Origin: Candidatus Melainabacteria bacterium 17Bon1m
GTDB lineage: Bacteria > Cyanobacteriota > Vampirovibrionia > Obscuribacterales > Obscuribacteraceae
DNA: 64,000 nucleotides
Reading direction: 5' to 3'
Assembly (NCBI GenBank): GCA_032128875.1
Contig: JAVLKG010000010.1
Location: 128,001 to 192,000 of the forward strand
The position numbers and the translations under genes are program-made. Every line of letters begins with the position of its first letter. Within the stretch, counting starts at the first letter, position 1. The notes under the pieces were generated by a model. That model searched no databases, was not told the DNA's origin, and saw only the letters and a list, made by a program, of their open reading frames with translations. Shown in pieces: positions 10,596 to 21,130 of the stretch.

Positions 10596-11291
10596 CTACT
10601 TCTTCTTTGGAGGCTGCTTGGCGCCTGGTTTTGCGCCGCCCTTTGCATCAGCCTTCGGTTGCTTGGCTGCACCTTGCGGTGCATCAGCTTTCTTTTCTTT
10701 CTTAGCTTTCTTAGGAGCTTCTTCTTCGCCTTCAGCTTTTGGTTCTGGCGGCTTCGGAGCTTGCTTCACTTTCGGCGGCTTCGGTGCTTTTTTGCCTGGC
10801 TTTCTTGGTTCGGGTTGAATCACTTCAATAGATCCGCCGGCTGCTTCAATTTTTGCTTGAGCACCTTTGGAGAAGTGATGCGCCTTCACTTTGAGCGACA
10901 CTTTCAATTCGCCGTTGCCGAGAATACGAACGCTGTCGGACACTTTACGCATGAGACCGAGTTCGACAAGAGTTTGCGGTGAAACTTCGGAGCCGGACTT
11001 TGCAGAGTTCAAAGCACCTACGTTTACTTCCACCCAAGTTCTGGTGATAACTTCGTCAAAATTGTGGATCTTAGGCAGTCTACGGAAAAGGGGAGTCTGA
11101 CCGCCTTCAAAGCCAAAGCGCTTGGCTTCGCCCGAACGCTGACCTTGTCCGTTGTGACCGCGGGTAGATGTTTTACCGTGACCCGATGCACGACCACGAC
11201 CGACGCGCTTGCGCAAACGACGCGATCCAGGAGTTGGCTGGATATCGCCCAAATCCTTGATTTCTTCTACAACTTCTTTAGCCTTAGCCAT
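10596..11291 (-). CDS. rplO: 50S ribosomal protein L15 with K/A/P-rich C-terminal extension
   Basis: RVGRGRASGHGKTSTRGHNGQGQR, FEGGQTPLFRRLPK, KIEAAGG. Confidence 0.98.
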   Translation of the reverse strand: MAKAKEVVEEIKDLGDIQPTPGSRRLRKRVGRGRASGHGKTSTRGHNGQGQRSGEAKRFGFEGGQTPLFRRLPKIHNFDEVITRTWVEVNVGALNSAKSGSEVSPQTLVELGLMRKVSDSVRILGNGELKVSLKVKAHHFSKGAQAKIEAAGGSIEVIQPEPRKPGKKAPKPPKVKQAPKPPEPKAEGEEEAPKKAKKEKKADAPQGAAKQPKADAKGGAKPGAKQPPKKK

Positions 11292-11350
11292 ATGTTCTCC
11301 TCAGCCTTGCGCCGCTGTTTTGGACAGGCGACTCGGCAGTGTTTATTGAG

Positions 11351-11626
11351 TTAGTCTTCTTTTTTAGTTGCTGCTTTTTTAGCAGGTGCTTTTGCAGCAG
11401 GCTTCGCTGCCGGCTTTTTCGCCTTTGCAGCTTTCGAAGTGGTTTCGCCGCCTTCGACGGTTTCAACCTTGATGAGGTGGCTGACCTTTGTCACCATGCC
11501 GCGAATCGTCGGGCTGTCGGCATGTACGACAGAAGAGCCGTATTTGCCAAGCCCGAGGGCTTGTACAACCTTTTTCTGGGTTTCTTTCTTGCCCACCATT
11601 CCGCGGGTGAGAGTGATCTTTAGCAT
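11351..11626 (-). CDS. rpmD: 50S ribosomal protein L30 with K/A-rich tail
   Basis: LKITLTRG...VQALGL...DSPTIRGMVTKVSHLIKVE; lies between rpsE and rplO. Confidence 0.96.
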   Translation of the reverse strand: MLKITLTRGMVGKKETQKKVVQALGLGKYGSSVVHADSPTIRGMVTKVSHLIKVETVEGGETTSKAAKAKKPAAKPAAKAPAKKAATKKED

Positions 11627-11674
11627 TTTTCCTTACCTGAATTGTTCAAATAACTTTGAATGATTGGACGAAAA

Positions 11675-12295
11675 CTAAGCGAGCATTTGCTTGATGGTGA
11701 TACCACGCAAGCGAGCAGCTTCTTCGAAGGTTCTCAGATTCTTCAAACCATCTACGGTGGCACGTGCGACGTTTAGTGGAGCACGCGATCCCAAAGACTT
11801 GGAGAGGATATCGCCGACGCCTGCCAATTCCAGGATGGCGCGAGCGGCACCACCGGCGATGACGCCTGTACCTTTAGCAGCCGGCTTGAGCATGATGCGG
11901 CTGGAGCCTTGACGTCCCATGATTTGGTGAGGAACGGTGGTTCCGACCAGGGGCACTTTTACGAGGCTCTTCTTCGCATCGACAACGCCCTTTTGAATGG
12001 CGCTGATTACTTCGGAAGCCTTGCCGACGCCAATGCCGACTTGACCTTTACCGTTGCCGACGGCAACGACTGCGCGGAAGCTCAATTTCTTACCGCCCTT
12101 AACTACTTTGGTTACGCGGCGGACTTGAATAATTTTCTCTTCCCATTCGGATTGCTCGCGACGATCTTCCGGAGGCTTGCGCGGGCCGCCTTCGCGACCA
12201 GGACCACCACCACGACGACCACGGCGCTGATTACCGCCACTTTCTTGGTTGGCGTCTTCTGGCGAAGCGTTGACGTTTTTGTCTTCTCTATCCAT
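11675..12295 (-). CDS. rpsE: 30S ribosomal protein S5
   Basis: [39 protein letters not shown]. Confidence 0.99.
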   Translation of the reverse strand: MDREDKNVNASPEDANQESGGNQRRGRRGGGPGREGGPRKPPEDRREQSEWEEKIIQVRRVTKVVKGGKKLSFRAVVAVGNGKGQVGIGVGKASEVISAIQKGVVDAKKSLVKVPLVGTTVPHQIMGRQGSSRIMLKPAAKGTGVIAGGAARAILELAGVGDILSKSLGSRAPLNVARATVDGLKNLRTFEEAARLRGITIKQMLA

Positions 12296-12341
12296 TTGAG
12301 AGTTCTTCCTCTTCCTTAATTAGATGGTGATTCGTAAGTGA

Positions 12342-12704
12342 TTAGAAGTCTAGACCTGCTTCACGGGCAGCATCAGCTACTGCAGCGACACGTCCGTGAT
12401 AGATGTATCCACCTCTGTCGAAAACGACAGCGTTGATGCCTTTAGCTTTCGCTTTGTCAGCCACCAATTTGCCGACCGAACGGGCCGACTCGGTGTCCCA
12501 GCTCTTCTTGCCTTTCATTTCCGGATCCAGTGTGGATGCAGATACGAGAGTTTTTTGAGAGGCGTCATCAACGATTTGAGCGTAGATGTGTTTGTTGGAT
12601 CTGTAGACGCACAGTCTGGGACGTTCGGTCGTGCCAGTAAGGCGACGGCGAATGCGCATGTGGCGCCTTGCCCTCAATTCTTTTCTATCTGGTTTCTGAA
12701 TCAT
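12342..12704 (-). CDS. rplR: 50S ribosomal protein L18
   Basis: [20 protein letters not shown]...[14 protein letters not shown]...AREAGLDF. Confidence 0.99.
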   Translation of the reverse strand: MIQKPDRKELRARRHMRIRRRLTGTTERPRLCVYRSNKHIYAQIVDDASQKTLVSASTLDPEMKGKKSWDTESARSVGKLVADKAKAKGINAVVFDRGGYIYHGRVAAVADAAREAGLDF

Positions 12705-12783
12705 TGCCTTATCTCTCCGAATTTCTCATGCCGATTTCTTTGTCACCGGCGGTAGTGCTTCTATCGTTATCAGTTTAAAAACG

Positions 12784-13329
12784 TTATTTCTTCTTACCAG
12801 CTGCTTTACCGGCTTTACGTCTGATGACTTCGCCTTTGTAGCGGACGCCCTTGCCTTTGTAGACTTCGGGTGGTCTCGTCTCACGTATTGCAGATGCAAG
12901 ATCGCCGACTGCTTGCTTGTCGATACCGGTAACTGTGATGACGTTACCCTTGCCGACTGCAATTGCCAGTCCTTTGGGCGGCTCGATTTCAATTGGGTGC
13001 GAATAGCCCAGAGCCATAACCAGCTTGGTGCCTTCCATTTGAGCACGGTAGCCGACACCGGTCATTTCGAGAGTCTTCTCAAAGCCATCCGAAACGCCTT
13101 TGACCATGTTGGCGACAAGCGTCCGGCTCAGACCATGCAGAGAGCGGGAGAGTCTGTCGTCATTTTTCTTGGTGAGAACGAGTTTGTCCTCTTCCATTTT
13201 GATCTCAATCTCCGGGCGAATGGTGCGCGTGAGCTCACCTTTCGGTCCTTTGACTTTGACATCGTTGCCCTTCAGGTCTACGGTCACACCTTTGGGTACG
13301 GTGATTGGTGCTTTGCCAATACGAGACAT
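12784..13329 (-). CDS. rplF: 50S ribosomal protein L6
   Basis: MSRIGKAPI...VKGPKGEL...RPPEVYKGKGVRY. Confidence 0.99.
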   Translation of the reverse strand: MSRIGKAPITVPKGVTVDLKGNDVKVKGPKGELTRTIRPEIEIKMEEDKLVLTKKNDDRLSRSLHGLSRTLVANMVKGVSDGFEKTLEMTGVGYRAQMEGTKLVMALGYSHPIEIEPPKGLAIAVGKGNVITVTGIDKQAVGDLASAIRETRPPEVYKGKGVRYKGEVIRRKAGKAAGKKK

Positions 13330-13369
13330 CTTTCTTCCCCTGAATTCTTATGCGTTATCCCTAGTTGAA

Positions 13370-13771
13370 TTACCAAACGTAGGCGACAACTTCTCCACCT
13401 GCATTGCTCTTGCGTGCTTGCCTGTCGGTCATGAGACCGGACGAGGTACTGACGATTGCCAGACCGAGTCCACCATAAACGCGCGGCAGTTTTTTAGCTG
13501 CGCGATACACTCTCAAACCAGGCTTCGAGACACGCGAGATGCCCTGTATAACCTGTTCTCCCTTAGGACCGTACTTAAGTACGATGCGCATTTTTTGCTC
13601 GGGAGAGCCGAGACCTTTGGTCTCGAATGAAGAGATGAACCCTTCATTGCGCAGAAGTTCGGCAAGCGCCACTTTCTGCTTGGAAGCAGGCATTTCTACC
13701 GCTTGTGAATGCACGCGCGAAGCATTTCTGATGCGCGTGAACATATCTGAAATCGGATCTGTAACCGGCAT
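13370..13771 (-). CDS. rpsH: 30S ribosomal protein S8
   Basis: DPISDMFTRIRNA...RVSKPGLRVY...GGEVVAYVW. Confidence 0.99.
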   Translation of the reverse strand: MPVTDPISDMFTRIRNASRVHSQAVEMPASKQKVALAELLRNEGFISSFETKGLGSPEQKMRIVLKYGPKGEQVIQGISRVSKPGLRVYRAAKKLPRVYGGLGLAIVSTSSGLMTDRQARKSNAGGEVVAYVW

Positions 13772-13781
13772 TTATACTCTC

Positions 13782-13988
13782 CTACCAGCTCGACTTAGTG
13801 AGACCAGGAATGACTCCTTCATGAGCCATCTTGCGAAGACAGCAACGGCACAAGCCGAAGTCGCGATAGTAGCCTCTGGGACGGCCGCAGATTTTGCAGC
13901 GGTTGTGGAGGCGCACCGAAGGATATTTGCCTTTGGCGGCAGCTACCCTGCGTTTGTGCTCTTTATCGATAAGTGAAGTCTTAGCCAC
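13782..13988 (-). CDS. rpsN: 30S ribosomal protein S14 (short Zn-binding type Z)
   Basis: [39 protein letters not shown]. Confidence 0.97.
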   Translation of the reverse strand: MAKTSLIDKEHKRRVAAAKGKYPSVRLHNRCKICGRPRGYYRDFGLCRCCLRKMAHEGVIPGLTKSSW

Positions 13989-13990
13989 TA

Positions 13991-14536
13991 CTACCTCCTG
14001 AATGGCATTCCTAGTTCGGTAAGCAACGCCAGACCTTCCTGGTCGGTGCGTGCGGTCGTAACGATTGCTACGTCCATGCCACGGATGGCATCAATGTTTT
14101 CATAGTTGATTTCCGGGAAGATCAATTGCTCTTTGATGCCCAAAGAGTAATTTCCTCTGCCGTCAAACGACTTGTTGGACAGACCGCGGAAGTCGCGGAT
14201 ACGGGGCAGCGAAATGTGAATCAGCTTGGCGAGAAAGTCATGCATTCTCTTGCCGCGCAGAGTCACCGAAGTACCGACTGCCATGCCCTTTCTGACTTTG
14301 AAAGTCGCAATCGACTTGCGGGCTCGATTGATGATGGGCTTTTGACCGGTAACGGTAGCCAAATCCTTGACGCCGTTTTCGATCGCCTTGGAGTTGGATG
14401 CTGCTTCGCCAAGACCCATGTTCACAACGATTTTCTCCAGGCGTGGAACCTGCAGTTCGTTCTGATAGTTGAATTGCTTGGTGAGCTTAGGCACTACGTT
14501 TTTTTTGTAGTGTTCCTTTATGTCAATCACAGCCAT
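13991..14536 (-). CDS. rplE: 50S ribosomal protein L5
   Basis: [35 protein letters not shown]. Confidence 0.99.
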   Translation of the reverse strand: MAVIDIKEHYKKNVVPKLTKQFNYQNELQVPRLEKIVVNMGLGEAASNSKAIENGVKDLATVTGQKPIINRARKSIATFKVRKGMAVGTSVTLRGKRMHDFLAKLIHISLPRIRDFRGLSNKSFDGRGNYSLGIKEQLIFPEINYENIDAIRGMDVAIVTTARTDQEGLALLTELGMPFRR

Positions 14537-14643
14537 TGCTCGCTAACCTCTGATTTTGTCTCTATTTGTGGACGTTTCACTGCTTTATGCAGGGCGTCCA
14601 CCCCTTGTTTTTTTTGCGGCGATGCAAGCATCACCTGACACTC

Positions 14644-15105
14644 TTACTCAAGACCTTCGCGTTTTCTGAATTCAGCACGCACCGGTTTTTTCGATTGCGC
14701 TGAATACAGCATCACTTTGGAGGCGAAAATGGGGGCTTCTTTTCTGACCAGGGTCGACTTGCCGGCACCCATTTTTGGTTTGATTACGGTCGACAGCATA
14801 TTGACGCCTTCGACCAGAATTTTGCCTTGCTCAGGAAAAACGGCCATAACTTTGCCGGTCGTTCCTTTATAAGCATTGCGCTCGTCCAAACGCTTGGTGA
14901 CTTGAGAGTCGCGCTTGGGGTCTTTCTTCTTCGGTCCCGACATCAGCATGACCATGTCGCCGCGCTTCACGTGGATTTTCGGCGTCAGGTTGGTAGCCTT
15001 CGGTTTAACAAGAGCGCGAGACAAGACGGTGGTGCCGCCCATCTTCACTTTCTTGGAAACGGGACTGTTGGAATAACGTACTGAACTTCTCGATTGGCCT
15101 GCCAT
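14644..15105 (-). CDS. rplX: 50S ribosomal protein L24 (extended)
   Basis: HVKRGDMV...KGTTGKV...VEGVN...EAPIFASKV; lies between rplN and rplE. Confidence 0.93.
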   Translation of the reverse strand: MAGQSRSSVRYSNSPVSKKVKMGGTTVLSRALVKPKATNLTPKIHVKRGDMVMLMSGPKKKDPKRDSQVTKRLDERNAYKGTTGKVMAVFPEQGKILVEGVNMLSTVIKPKMGAGKSTLVRKEAPIFASKVMLYSAQSKKPVRAEFRKREGLE

Positions 15106-15106
15106 C

Positions 15107-15475
15107 TCACATTACCTCGGGTGCCAGAGAGATTATCTTGGTGAATGCCTTGTCCCGAAGTTCGCGAGCAATCGGTCCGAAAACGCGCGTTCCTTTTGGG
15201 TTGCCATCTTTGTTGATGATGACGGCGGCATTGTCGTCAAAACGAATCGTGGAGCCATCTGCACGCTTAACGTGGTTGCGGACTCTGACCACAACAGCTC
15301 TTACTACTTCCGATTTTTTGACCGGCATATTGGGGAGAGCATCTTTGACGGTAGCGACGATAACGTCACCAACCGAAGCGTAACGGCGGTTGCCTCCGCC
15401 CAGAACGCGAATGCAGAGAAGCTCGCGGGCGCCGGTGTTGTCGGCGCAATTCAAACGTGTTTCTTGCTGAATCAT
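15107..15475 (-). CDS. rplN: 50S ribosomal protein L14
   Basis: [16 protein letters not shown]...FDDNAAV...GTRVFGP...ISLAPEV. Confidence 0.99.
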   Translation of the reverse strand: MIQQETRLNCADNTGARELLCIRVLGGGNRRYASVGDVIVATVKDALPNMPVKKSEVVRAVVVRVRNHVKRADGSTIRFDDNAAVIINKDGNPKGTRVFGPIARELRDKAFTKIISLAPEVM

Positions 15476-15480
15476 TTGAC

Positions 15481-15753
15481 TTAGACCTCACTTCCCTTAG
15501 GCAGTGCGGAAATTGCTTTTTCAGTGATTTCCACTACCAGCCAGCGCTTTTCTCTGGACAACGGGCGGCATTCTTGAATGCGCACCTTGTCGCCGATGCC
15601 GCACTTGTTCTCGGCATCATGTGCTTTGAACTTGTGGGTTCTGGCAATTTGCTTTTCGTATTTTGGATGCGGAAAACGATTTTCAACAGCGACGACAACG
15701 GTCTTGTCCATCTTGTTGGAAACGACTTTTCCTACCAGTTCCTTTCTCGGCAT
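15481..15753 (-). CDS. rpsQ: 30S ribosomal protein S17
   Basis: [14 protein letters not shown]...HPKY...[18 protein letters not shown]. Confidence 0.99.
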   Translation of the reverse strand: MPRKELVGKVVSNKMDKTVVVAVENRFPHPKYEKQIARTHKFKAHDAENKCGIGDKVRIQECRPLSREKRWLVVEITEKAISALPKGSEV

Positions 15754-15827
15754 TTTAATTGCGCTCCGTCCCTATCTAGACTTTCTATTTGCCGGCGCTT
15801 CGCGCCGATTCTCGCCAAACCAGCTGC

Positions 15828-16028
15828 CTAAGCAGTTTTTCCGGTTTCTTTTTCTGATTCGATTGTGAGCAAACGAGCAAGTTTTTTGCGCGCTGTTCTC
15901 AATTTTGCTGGGCTCTCCAGCTTTCTAATCGCCAACTGAAAGCGCAATTCGACAATCTCTTTGCGAGCTTCGACGATATGCGTTTTGATATCTTCGGCGG
16001 AAAGTTCTCTGATTTCTTTGGTTCTCAT
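15828..16028 (-). CDS. rpmC: 50S ribosomal protein L29
   Basis: EIRELS...ELRFQ...RKKLARLLT. ATG 16028 has an AAGGA RBS. Confidence 0.96.
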   Translation of the reverse strand: MRTKEIRELSAEDIKTHIVEARKEIVELRFQLAIRKLESPAKLRTARKKLARLLTIESEKETGKTA

Positions 16029-16061
16029 GGCCAATTCCTTTTTTAGTGCGGCTTCGCCGTA

Positions 16062-16472
16062 CTACGGATGTCTTGAAACTACACGGCACTTGATGGGCAA
16101 TTTTTGTGCTGCCAGCTCGAGTGCATGGTGAGCGTCTTTCTCGGCAACGCCGGACATCTCAAACATGATGCGACCTGGTTTGGTCACTGCTACCCAGAAT
16201 TCCGGTGCGCCTTTACCGGATCCCATACGGGTTTCGGCCGGCTTCTTCGATACTGATTTATCCGGGAAAATTCTGATCCACATTTGACCGCCCCGCTTAA
16301 CGGATCTGGTCATTGCTTTTCTGGCCGCTTCAATCTGTCTGGAGGTGATCCAGGCGGGTTCAAGAGCTTGCAGCCCGTATTCGCCGAATTGAACTTCGAC
16401 TCCGCGAGTTTCACAACCGGTCATCCGGCCTCTGTGATGCTTTCTATATTTTGTTCTTTTTGGCAACAGCAT
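16062..16472 (-). CDS. rplP: 50S ribosomal protein L16
   Basis: [11 protein letters not shown]...WIRIFPDK...RMGSGKG...KLPIK. Confidence 0.99.
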   Translation of the reverse strand: MLLPKRTKYRKHHRGRMTGCETRGVEVQFGEYGLQALEPAWITSRQIEAARKAMTRSVKRGGQMWIRIFPDKSVSKKPAETRMGSGKGAPEFWVAVTKPGRIMFEMSGVAEKDAHHALELAAQKLPIKCRVVSRHP

Positions 16473-16477
16473 GATGA

Positions 16478-17224
16478 CTAACCTGCCTTCCTTGGTCTAC
16501 GACCGCCTCTTTGACCTGGTCTTTCACCAGGTTGCTCTCCTTGCTTACGATCACTGGAGGTCTTGATGTTGGGCGGAGACCATGTGCCTCTTTCCAATTC
16601 ACCTCTGAAAATCCAAACCTTGATGCCGATGATACCCATAACGGTATGGGCTTCAGCCAAGCCGTAATCGATGTCGGCTCTCAGTGTCTGCAGCGGAATA
16701 CGTCCTTCTTTGGACCATTCCGTACGGGCGATTTCAGCACCACCCAAGCGGCCTGCCACCATGATTTTGACGCCGATAGCACCGGCGCGCATGCAACGCT
16801 GGATGGCTTGCTTCATCGCTCTTCTGAAAGCAACGCGCTTTTCCAATTGTTGTCCGATTGATTCGGCAACCAATTGCGATTCGAGATCGACGCGGTTCAC
16901 TTCCAAGATATTGATTTTGATATTGAGACCTTGACGGTTCAGGAGACCTTTCACCTTTTGGTGAAGAGTTTCGATGCCTTGACCGCCCTTGCCGACAACA
17001 ACGCCGGGACGTGCAGTGTAGATATCGAGCTCGATGTGATCTGCCTTTCTGGAAATCTCAACTTTGGAAACGCCGGCATTCGTCAGCTCTTTTTTCAAGT
17101 AAGCGCGAATGCGGTGATCTTCCTCGATCAAGAACGGCACATCTTTCTTGGTGACGAACCAATTGGCGCGCCAGCCTCTGTGTACGCCGAGGCGGAAACC
17201 GTTAGGATTGACTTTCTGACCCAA
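16478..17224 (-). CDS. rpsC: 30S ribosomal protein S3
   Basis: [44 protein letters not shown]. Confidence 0.99.
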   Translation of the reverse strand: MGQKVNPNGFRLGVHRGWRANWFVTKKDVPFLIEEDHRIRAYLKKELTNAGVSKVEISRKADHIELDIYTARPGVVVGKGGQGIETLHQKVKGLLNRQGLNIKINILEVNRVDLESQLVAESIGQQLEKRVAFRRAMKQAIQRCMRAGAIGVKIMVAGRLGGAEIARTEWSKEGRIPLQTLRADIDYGLAEAHTVMGIIGIKVWIFRGELERGTWSPPNIKTSSDRKQGEQPGERPGQRGGRRPRKAG

Positions 17225-17250
17225 TGTCCTAGCTCCTTTTGATCGAGTTT

Positions 17251-17598
17251 TTAAACATCCGAGAGAACGAGCGTGATATGGCTCGAACGCTTCAGGATTG
17301 GATACCAGCGGCCGCGGGCTCTGGGCTGAATACGCTTCAGAGTCGGACCTTGGTCGGCATAAACTTCTACGATTTTCAAATCACCGGCTTCGTCTTCCGA
17401 AATCGGATTTTTGGCGGCATGCACGCGGTTGTACATGGCCGACTTCAATACCTTCTCTACTTCGCGAGCAGCCGAGTACGGCATGAAGCGCAGCATAGTC
17501 ACGGCATCAGCAGCGGATTTGCCGCGGATTTCATCCACGACACGACGCACCTTCCTCGGTGACATTCTCAACCATTTTGTATGTGCTTTACTCTGCAT
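17251..17598 (-). CDS. rplV: 50S ribosomal protein L22
   Basis: RMSPRKVRRVVDEIRGK...GPTLKRIQPRARGR...KRSSHIT. Confidence 0.99.
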   Translation of the reverse strand: MQSKAHTKWLRMSPRKVRRVVDEIRGKSAADAVTMLRFMPYSAAREVEKVLKSAMYNRVHAAKNPISEDEAGDLKIVEVYADQGPTLKRIQPRARGRWYPILKRSSHITLVLSDV

Positions 17599-17624
17599 GG
17601 CTATTTCCTTAGTGCTTTCTTTGA

Positions 17625-17906
17625 TTAACCGCGCTTGGCAGTCTTGTCGCCGCCGGCGTGTCCTTTAAACATTCTGGTGGGTGCGAATTCACCCAGTCTG
17701 TGACCAATCATTTGTTCGGTTACATAAACCGGAACGTGCTTCTTGCCGTTGTAGATGGCGATTGTGTGGCCGATCATTTCGGGAATGATCATGGAAGCGC
17801 GCGACCAGCACTTGATCACTTTCTTCTCGCCTTTCTTGTTCATGTCCTCGATTTTCTTGGCGAGGCTGGCATGAACGAACGGTCCTTTTTTTAGCGAACG
17901 AGACAC
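17625..17906 (-). CDS. rpsS: 30S ribosomal protein S19
   Basis: RSLKKGPFV...WSRAS...[11 protein letters not shown]. Confidence 0.99.
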   Translation of the reverse strand: MSRSLKKGPFVHASLAKKIEDMNKKGEKKVIKCWSRASMIIPEMIGHTIAIYNGKKHVPVYVTEQMIGHRLGEFAPTRMFKGHAGGDKTAKRG

Positions 17907-17920
17907 GGATCAAATACCTC

Positions 17921-18748
17921 CTACTTGGTACGACGCTTGACGATATAACGATCGGACGGCTTGTTGCCCCGGCGAGTCTTGTAACCCATTGCCGGTTTGC
18001 CCCAAGGTGTTTGCGGCTTGCCACCGATAGGTGATTTGCCTTCGCCGCCGCCGTGCGGGTGATCGACAGCGTTCATAGCGACACCGCGGTTGGCGGGCTT
18101 GATGCCCATCCAGCGGCTGCGACCGGCTTTACCGATGCGCACGTTCTTGAAGTCGGGGTTGCCCAATTGGCCGATTGTAGCCAGACAATTGAGGCGTACC
18201 ATTCGCATTTCGCCTGATGGCAGGCGCAATGTGCACATTTCGCCTTCTTTAGCGAGAACTTGGATTTGGGTTCCGGCAGAGCGTCCGAGCTGTCCGCCTT
18301 TACCAGCAGTCAACTCTACGTTGTGCACCATGGTACCCAGAGGGATATTGCGGAGCGGAAGAGCATTGCCGTTCTTGATGTCGGAATTTGGTCCGCTCAT
18401 CAATTTGTCGCCGACTTTGATATTCAGTGGTCCCAAGATGTAGCGCTTTTCACCGTCTGCATATTGAACGAGGCAGATACGAGTGTTGCGGTTGGGATCG
18501 TATTCAATGGTTTTGACTACACAAGGAATGTCGAACTTATCGCGCTTGAAGTCGATGATGCGATAAGCCTGTTTGTGACCGCCGCCTTTGTGGCGCGAGG
18601 TCAAACGTCCTTGGTTGTTGCGGCCGCCGGTCTTCTTGAGCGGAGCCAAAAGCGAGCGCTCCGGCTTCTTCTCTGTAATATCAGAGAAGTCGTGCACCGA
18701 CATATTGCGGCGACCTGCGGAGGTTGGGTTGACTTTACGGGGAGGCAT
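17921..18748 (-). CDS. rplB: 50S ribosomal protein L2
   Basis: [35 protein letters not shown]. Confidence 0.99.
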   Translation of the reverse strand: MPPRKVNPTSAGRRNMSVHDFSDITEKKPERSLLAPLKKTGGRNNQGRLTSRHKGGGHKQAYRIIDFKRDKFDIPCVVKTIEYDPNRNTRICLVQYADGEKRYILGPLNIKVGDKLMSGPNSDIKNGNALPLRNIPLGTMVHNVELTAGKGGQLGRSAGTQIQVLAKEGEMCTLRLPSGEMRMVRLNCLATIGQLGNPDFKNVRIGKAGRSRWMGIKPANRGVAMNAVDHPHGGGEGKSPIGGKPQTPWGKPAMGYKTRRGNKPSDRYIVKRRTK

Positions 18749-18821
18749 TACTCTTGTCCTTTTTGTTCTGTCGATCTATTCCGGTTCAGAATCATTTACT
18801 GAACGACTCTTCGAGTCATTC

Positions 18822-18871
18822 GGTCGACGCATGGCATCGACCCTATATTCGACGACTGGCGTCGAGCCTAC
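18822..18871. repeat. Pair of REP-like palindromes between rplW and rplB
   Basis: GGTCGACGCATGGCATCGACCCTA and TCGACGACTGGCGTCGAGCCTAC; same family as the copies at 27959 and 44147. Confidence 0.65.
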
Positions 18872-18879
18872 AGCACTTA

Positions 18880-19188
18880 CTATTCAGCAGCGCCGTAGAC
18901 TGGAAGCGGATCACCACCGATGGTGACGATCGCTTTTTTGGAGTCCTTAGGATGGGCTCCATGCCGCTTGCGGCTACGGAAACGTCCACGGATTGCAGAC
19001 GTGTTGACGGCGGTAACCGTCGAGTTGGTTTTATAGACTTCTTTGATCAATTCTTCGATCGCTTGAGCAATCTCGATCTTGTTAGCATCACGAGTCACTT
19101 CAAAAACATACTGGTTGAGCATGTTGTGCTGAGCAGCTTTCTCAGTGAGGATCGGGCGAAGAATGATTTGCGAGTGGCGAGTGTTCAT
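18880..19188 (-). CDS. rplW: 50S ribosomal protein L23
   Basis: IILRPILTEKA...YVFEV...ANKIEI...VTAVNT...KKAIVT. Confidence 0.97.
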   Translation of the reverse strand: MNTRHSQIILRPILTEKAAQHNMLNQYVFEVTRDANKIEIAQAIEELIKEVYKTNSTVTAVNTSAIRGRFRSRKRHGAHPKDSKKAIVTIGGDPLPVYGAAE

Positions 19189-19221
19189 TTCTTTTACTCT
19201 TCAGATTCAAATGGTTTCTAA

Positions 19222-20031
19222 CTAGGACTCAGACTTCTTGGTGGTTTTCTTGGCCTTTGGAGCTTCGTCCTTGGCTTCTTTCGCTTTGGCTTCCTTAGCC
19301 GGCTTTTCAGCTTTGGCTTTTTTCTCACCAGCACTCTTTTTGGTTTCCGACTTGGCTGCTTTCGGCTTAGCTGGTGTTTGAGCTTCGCCTTTAGCTCCCT
19401 TTTGGAAACGCTTGTTGATGGTGTCCAAGCCCTTCTCGGAGAGCAGAACTACTTCCGCTTCGATCAAGTCTTTGACGTTCAAGTTACCGACATGAACGAC
19501 CTTCACCCACTCCATGTTGCGAGCAGAGCGCTCGACCAGGAGAGAATGCTCGTTCGAATATTCCATGATGAGGAGAACTTTCTTGTCGACCAACTTCGTT
19601 GATTTCAAAACTTGGGCGAACTCTTTGGTCTTCCCTTCTTTGATCGAATCGAAATTGTCGACGACAACGAGGTTGCCACTTCTTGCAGAGAGTGCGGACT
19701 TGACGGCAAGAACGCGCATCTTCTTGTTCAATTTCTTGGAATAGTCGCGCGGCTTAGGACCGAATGCGACACCACCACCTTCCCACAACGGCGAACGGAT
19801 GGAGCCGGCGCGAGCGCGACCGGTACCTTTTTGACGCCACGGTTTTTTACCGCCGCCGGATACTTCAGAGCGAGTCTTTGTATTGGCGGAGCCGGCGCGC
19901 GCATTGGCGAGCTGGCGAACGAGCGCCGTGTGCATCAAGCCCTTGTTGGGCGTCAAACCAAAGACGTCTTTGTCCAACTCTATTTCGCGGACTTTATTGC
20001 CTTTGTGATCTATGACTTGAGCGGATGTCAT
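19222..20031 (-). CDS. rplD: 50S ribosomal protein L4 with K/A/E-rich tail
   Basis: TKTRSEVSGGGKKPWRQKGTGRARAGSIRSPLWEGGG..FGPKPR. Confidence 0.99.
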   Translation of the reverse strand: MTSAQVIDHKGNKVREIELDKDVFGLTPNKGLMHTALVRQLANARAGSANTKTRSEVSGGGKKPWRQKGTGRARAGSIRSPLWEGGGVAFGPKPRDYSKKLNKKMRVLAVKSALSARSGNLVVVDNFDSIKEGKTKEFAQVLKSTKLVDKKVLLIMEYSNEHSLLVERSARNMEWVKVVHVGNLNVKDLIEAEVVLLSEKGLDTINKRFQKGAKGEAQTPAKPKAAKSETKKSAGEKKAKAEKPAKEAKAKEAKDEAPKAKKTTKKSES

Positions 20032-20077
20032 TTTTCGTTCTCTCTTATGTCGAATCTATGGATATCGTTGTTAGCTA

Positions 20078-20725
20078 CTAGTTCCACTTCGTTTGCGATG
20101 CGGTGATCTCGAGAAGACCGCCTTCGGCACCGGGAACAGCGCCTTTTACCAGCAAAATAGATTTGTCGGCGTCAACTTTCACAACAGTGAGTTTGCGAAC
20201 GGTGACGGTGATATTGCCCATTTGTCCAGGCATCGAAAGACCGCGGAAAACGCGACCCGGCGTGGTTCCTGCGCCGATGGAACCCATCGAGCGGTGGAAC
20301 TTGGAGCCGTGGCTCATTGGTCCGCGACCATGGTTGAATTTTTTGATGGTGCCCTGGAAACCTTTACCAATAGAGGTTCCACGCACGTCAATCTTCATGC
20401 CTTCCTTAAGGATGTCGGCAACCGGAAGCTTATCGCCTACGTTGTAGCCGGCAGCATCAGACACTCTGAATTCTTTGAGGGGCTTGAGGAAAGGCAAGTT
20501 GTTCTTTTTGAACGCGCCAGCAGCCGGCTTGTTGAGACGGTTTTCGTGTGTTTCGAAACCACCTACTTGCACTGCTGTGTAACCGTTCTTCTCCTTGGTG
20601 CGTGTGGCGGTGACCACATTGGCGCCCAATTTGACGACGGTAACTGGAACCGACAGACCCTTATCGTCGAAAACTTGGGTCATGCCGACTTTTCTGCCCA
20701 TTAAGCCTATTGTTTGTCCGGCCAT
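20078..20725 (-). CDS. rplC: 50S ribosomal protein L3
   Basis: GRKVGMTQVF, GKGFQG, HGSKFHRSMGSIG, VKGAVPG. Confidence 0.99.
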   Translation of the reverse strand: MAGQTIGLMGRKVGMTQVFDDKGLSVPVTVVKLGANVVTATRTKEKNGYTAVQVGGFETHENRLNKPAAGAFKKNNLPFLKPLKEFRVSDAAGYNVGDKLPVADILKEGMKIDVRGTSIGKGFQGTIKKFNHGRGPMSHGSKFHRSMGSIGAGTTPGRVFRGLSMPGQMGNITVTVRKLTVVKVDADKSILLVKGAVPGAEGGLLEITASQTKWN

Positions 20726-20744
20726 TACTTTCTTCCTTTAAGAC

Positions 20745-21095
20745 TTAAAGTTTGACTTCAATATCAACCCCTGCTGGCAGGTCGAGTCTCATCAGAGCAT
20801 CGGCTGTGGTTGGGGTGGGATCGTTAATATCAATGAGCCGCTTGTGAATGCGGATTTCAAAATGCTCGCGTGATTTTTTGTCGACGTGAGGGGAGCGCAA
20901 TACGCAATAAATGCGCTTTCTGGTCGGCAGGGGCACAGGGCCGATGATGGTGGCGCCGGTGCGTTTTGCTGTCTCGACAATCTGATCGGAAGACTTATCG
21001 AGCAGTCTGTGGTCGTAAGATTTCAGGCGAATGCGGATTCTCTGAACCTTGGAGGCTCCGGAAGCGTCTGTCTTTTGTTTTGTGGCACGTGCCAT
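20745..21095 (-). CDS. rpsJ: 30S ribosomal protein S10
   Basis: [15 protein letters not shown]...GPVPLPT...[14 protein letters not shown]...[11 protein letters not shown]. Confidence 0.99.
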   Translation of the reverse strand: MARATKQKTDASGASKVQRIRIRLKSYDHRLLDKSSDQIVETAKRTGATIIGPVPLPTRKRIYCVLRSPHVDKKSREHFEIRIHKRLIDINDPTPTTADALMRLDLPAGVDIEVKL

Positions 21096-21130
21096 TAGCT
21101 CAATTACCCCTTAGAGTTTGATCTCGTTCA

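Noticed and set aside
2357-21098. Numerous + strand and alternate-frame ORFs over the ribosomal cluster
   Set aside because: They overlap unambiguous conserved genes and lack independent coding evidence.
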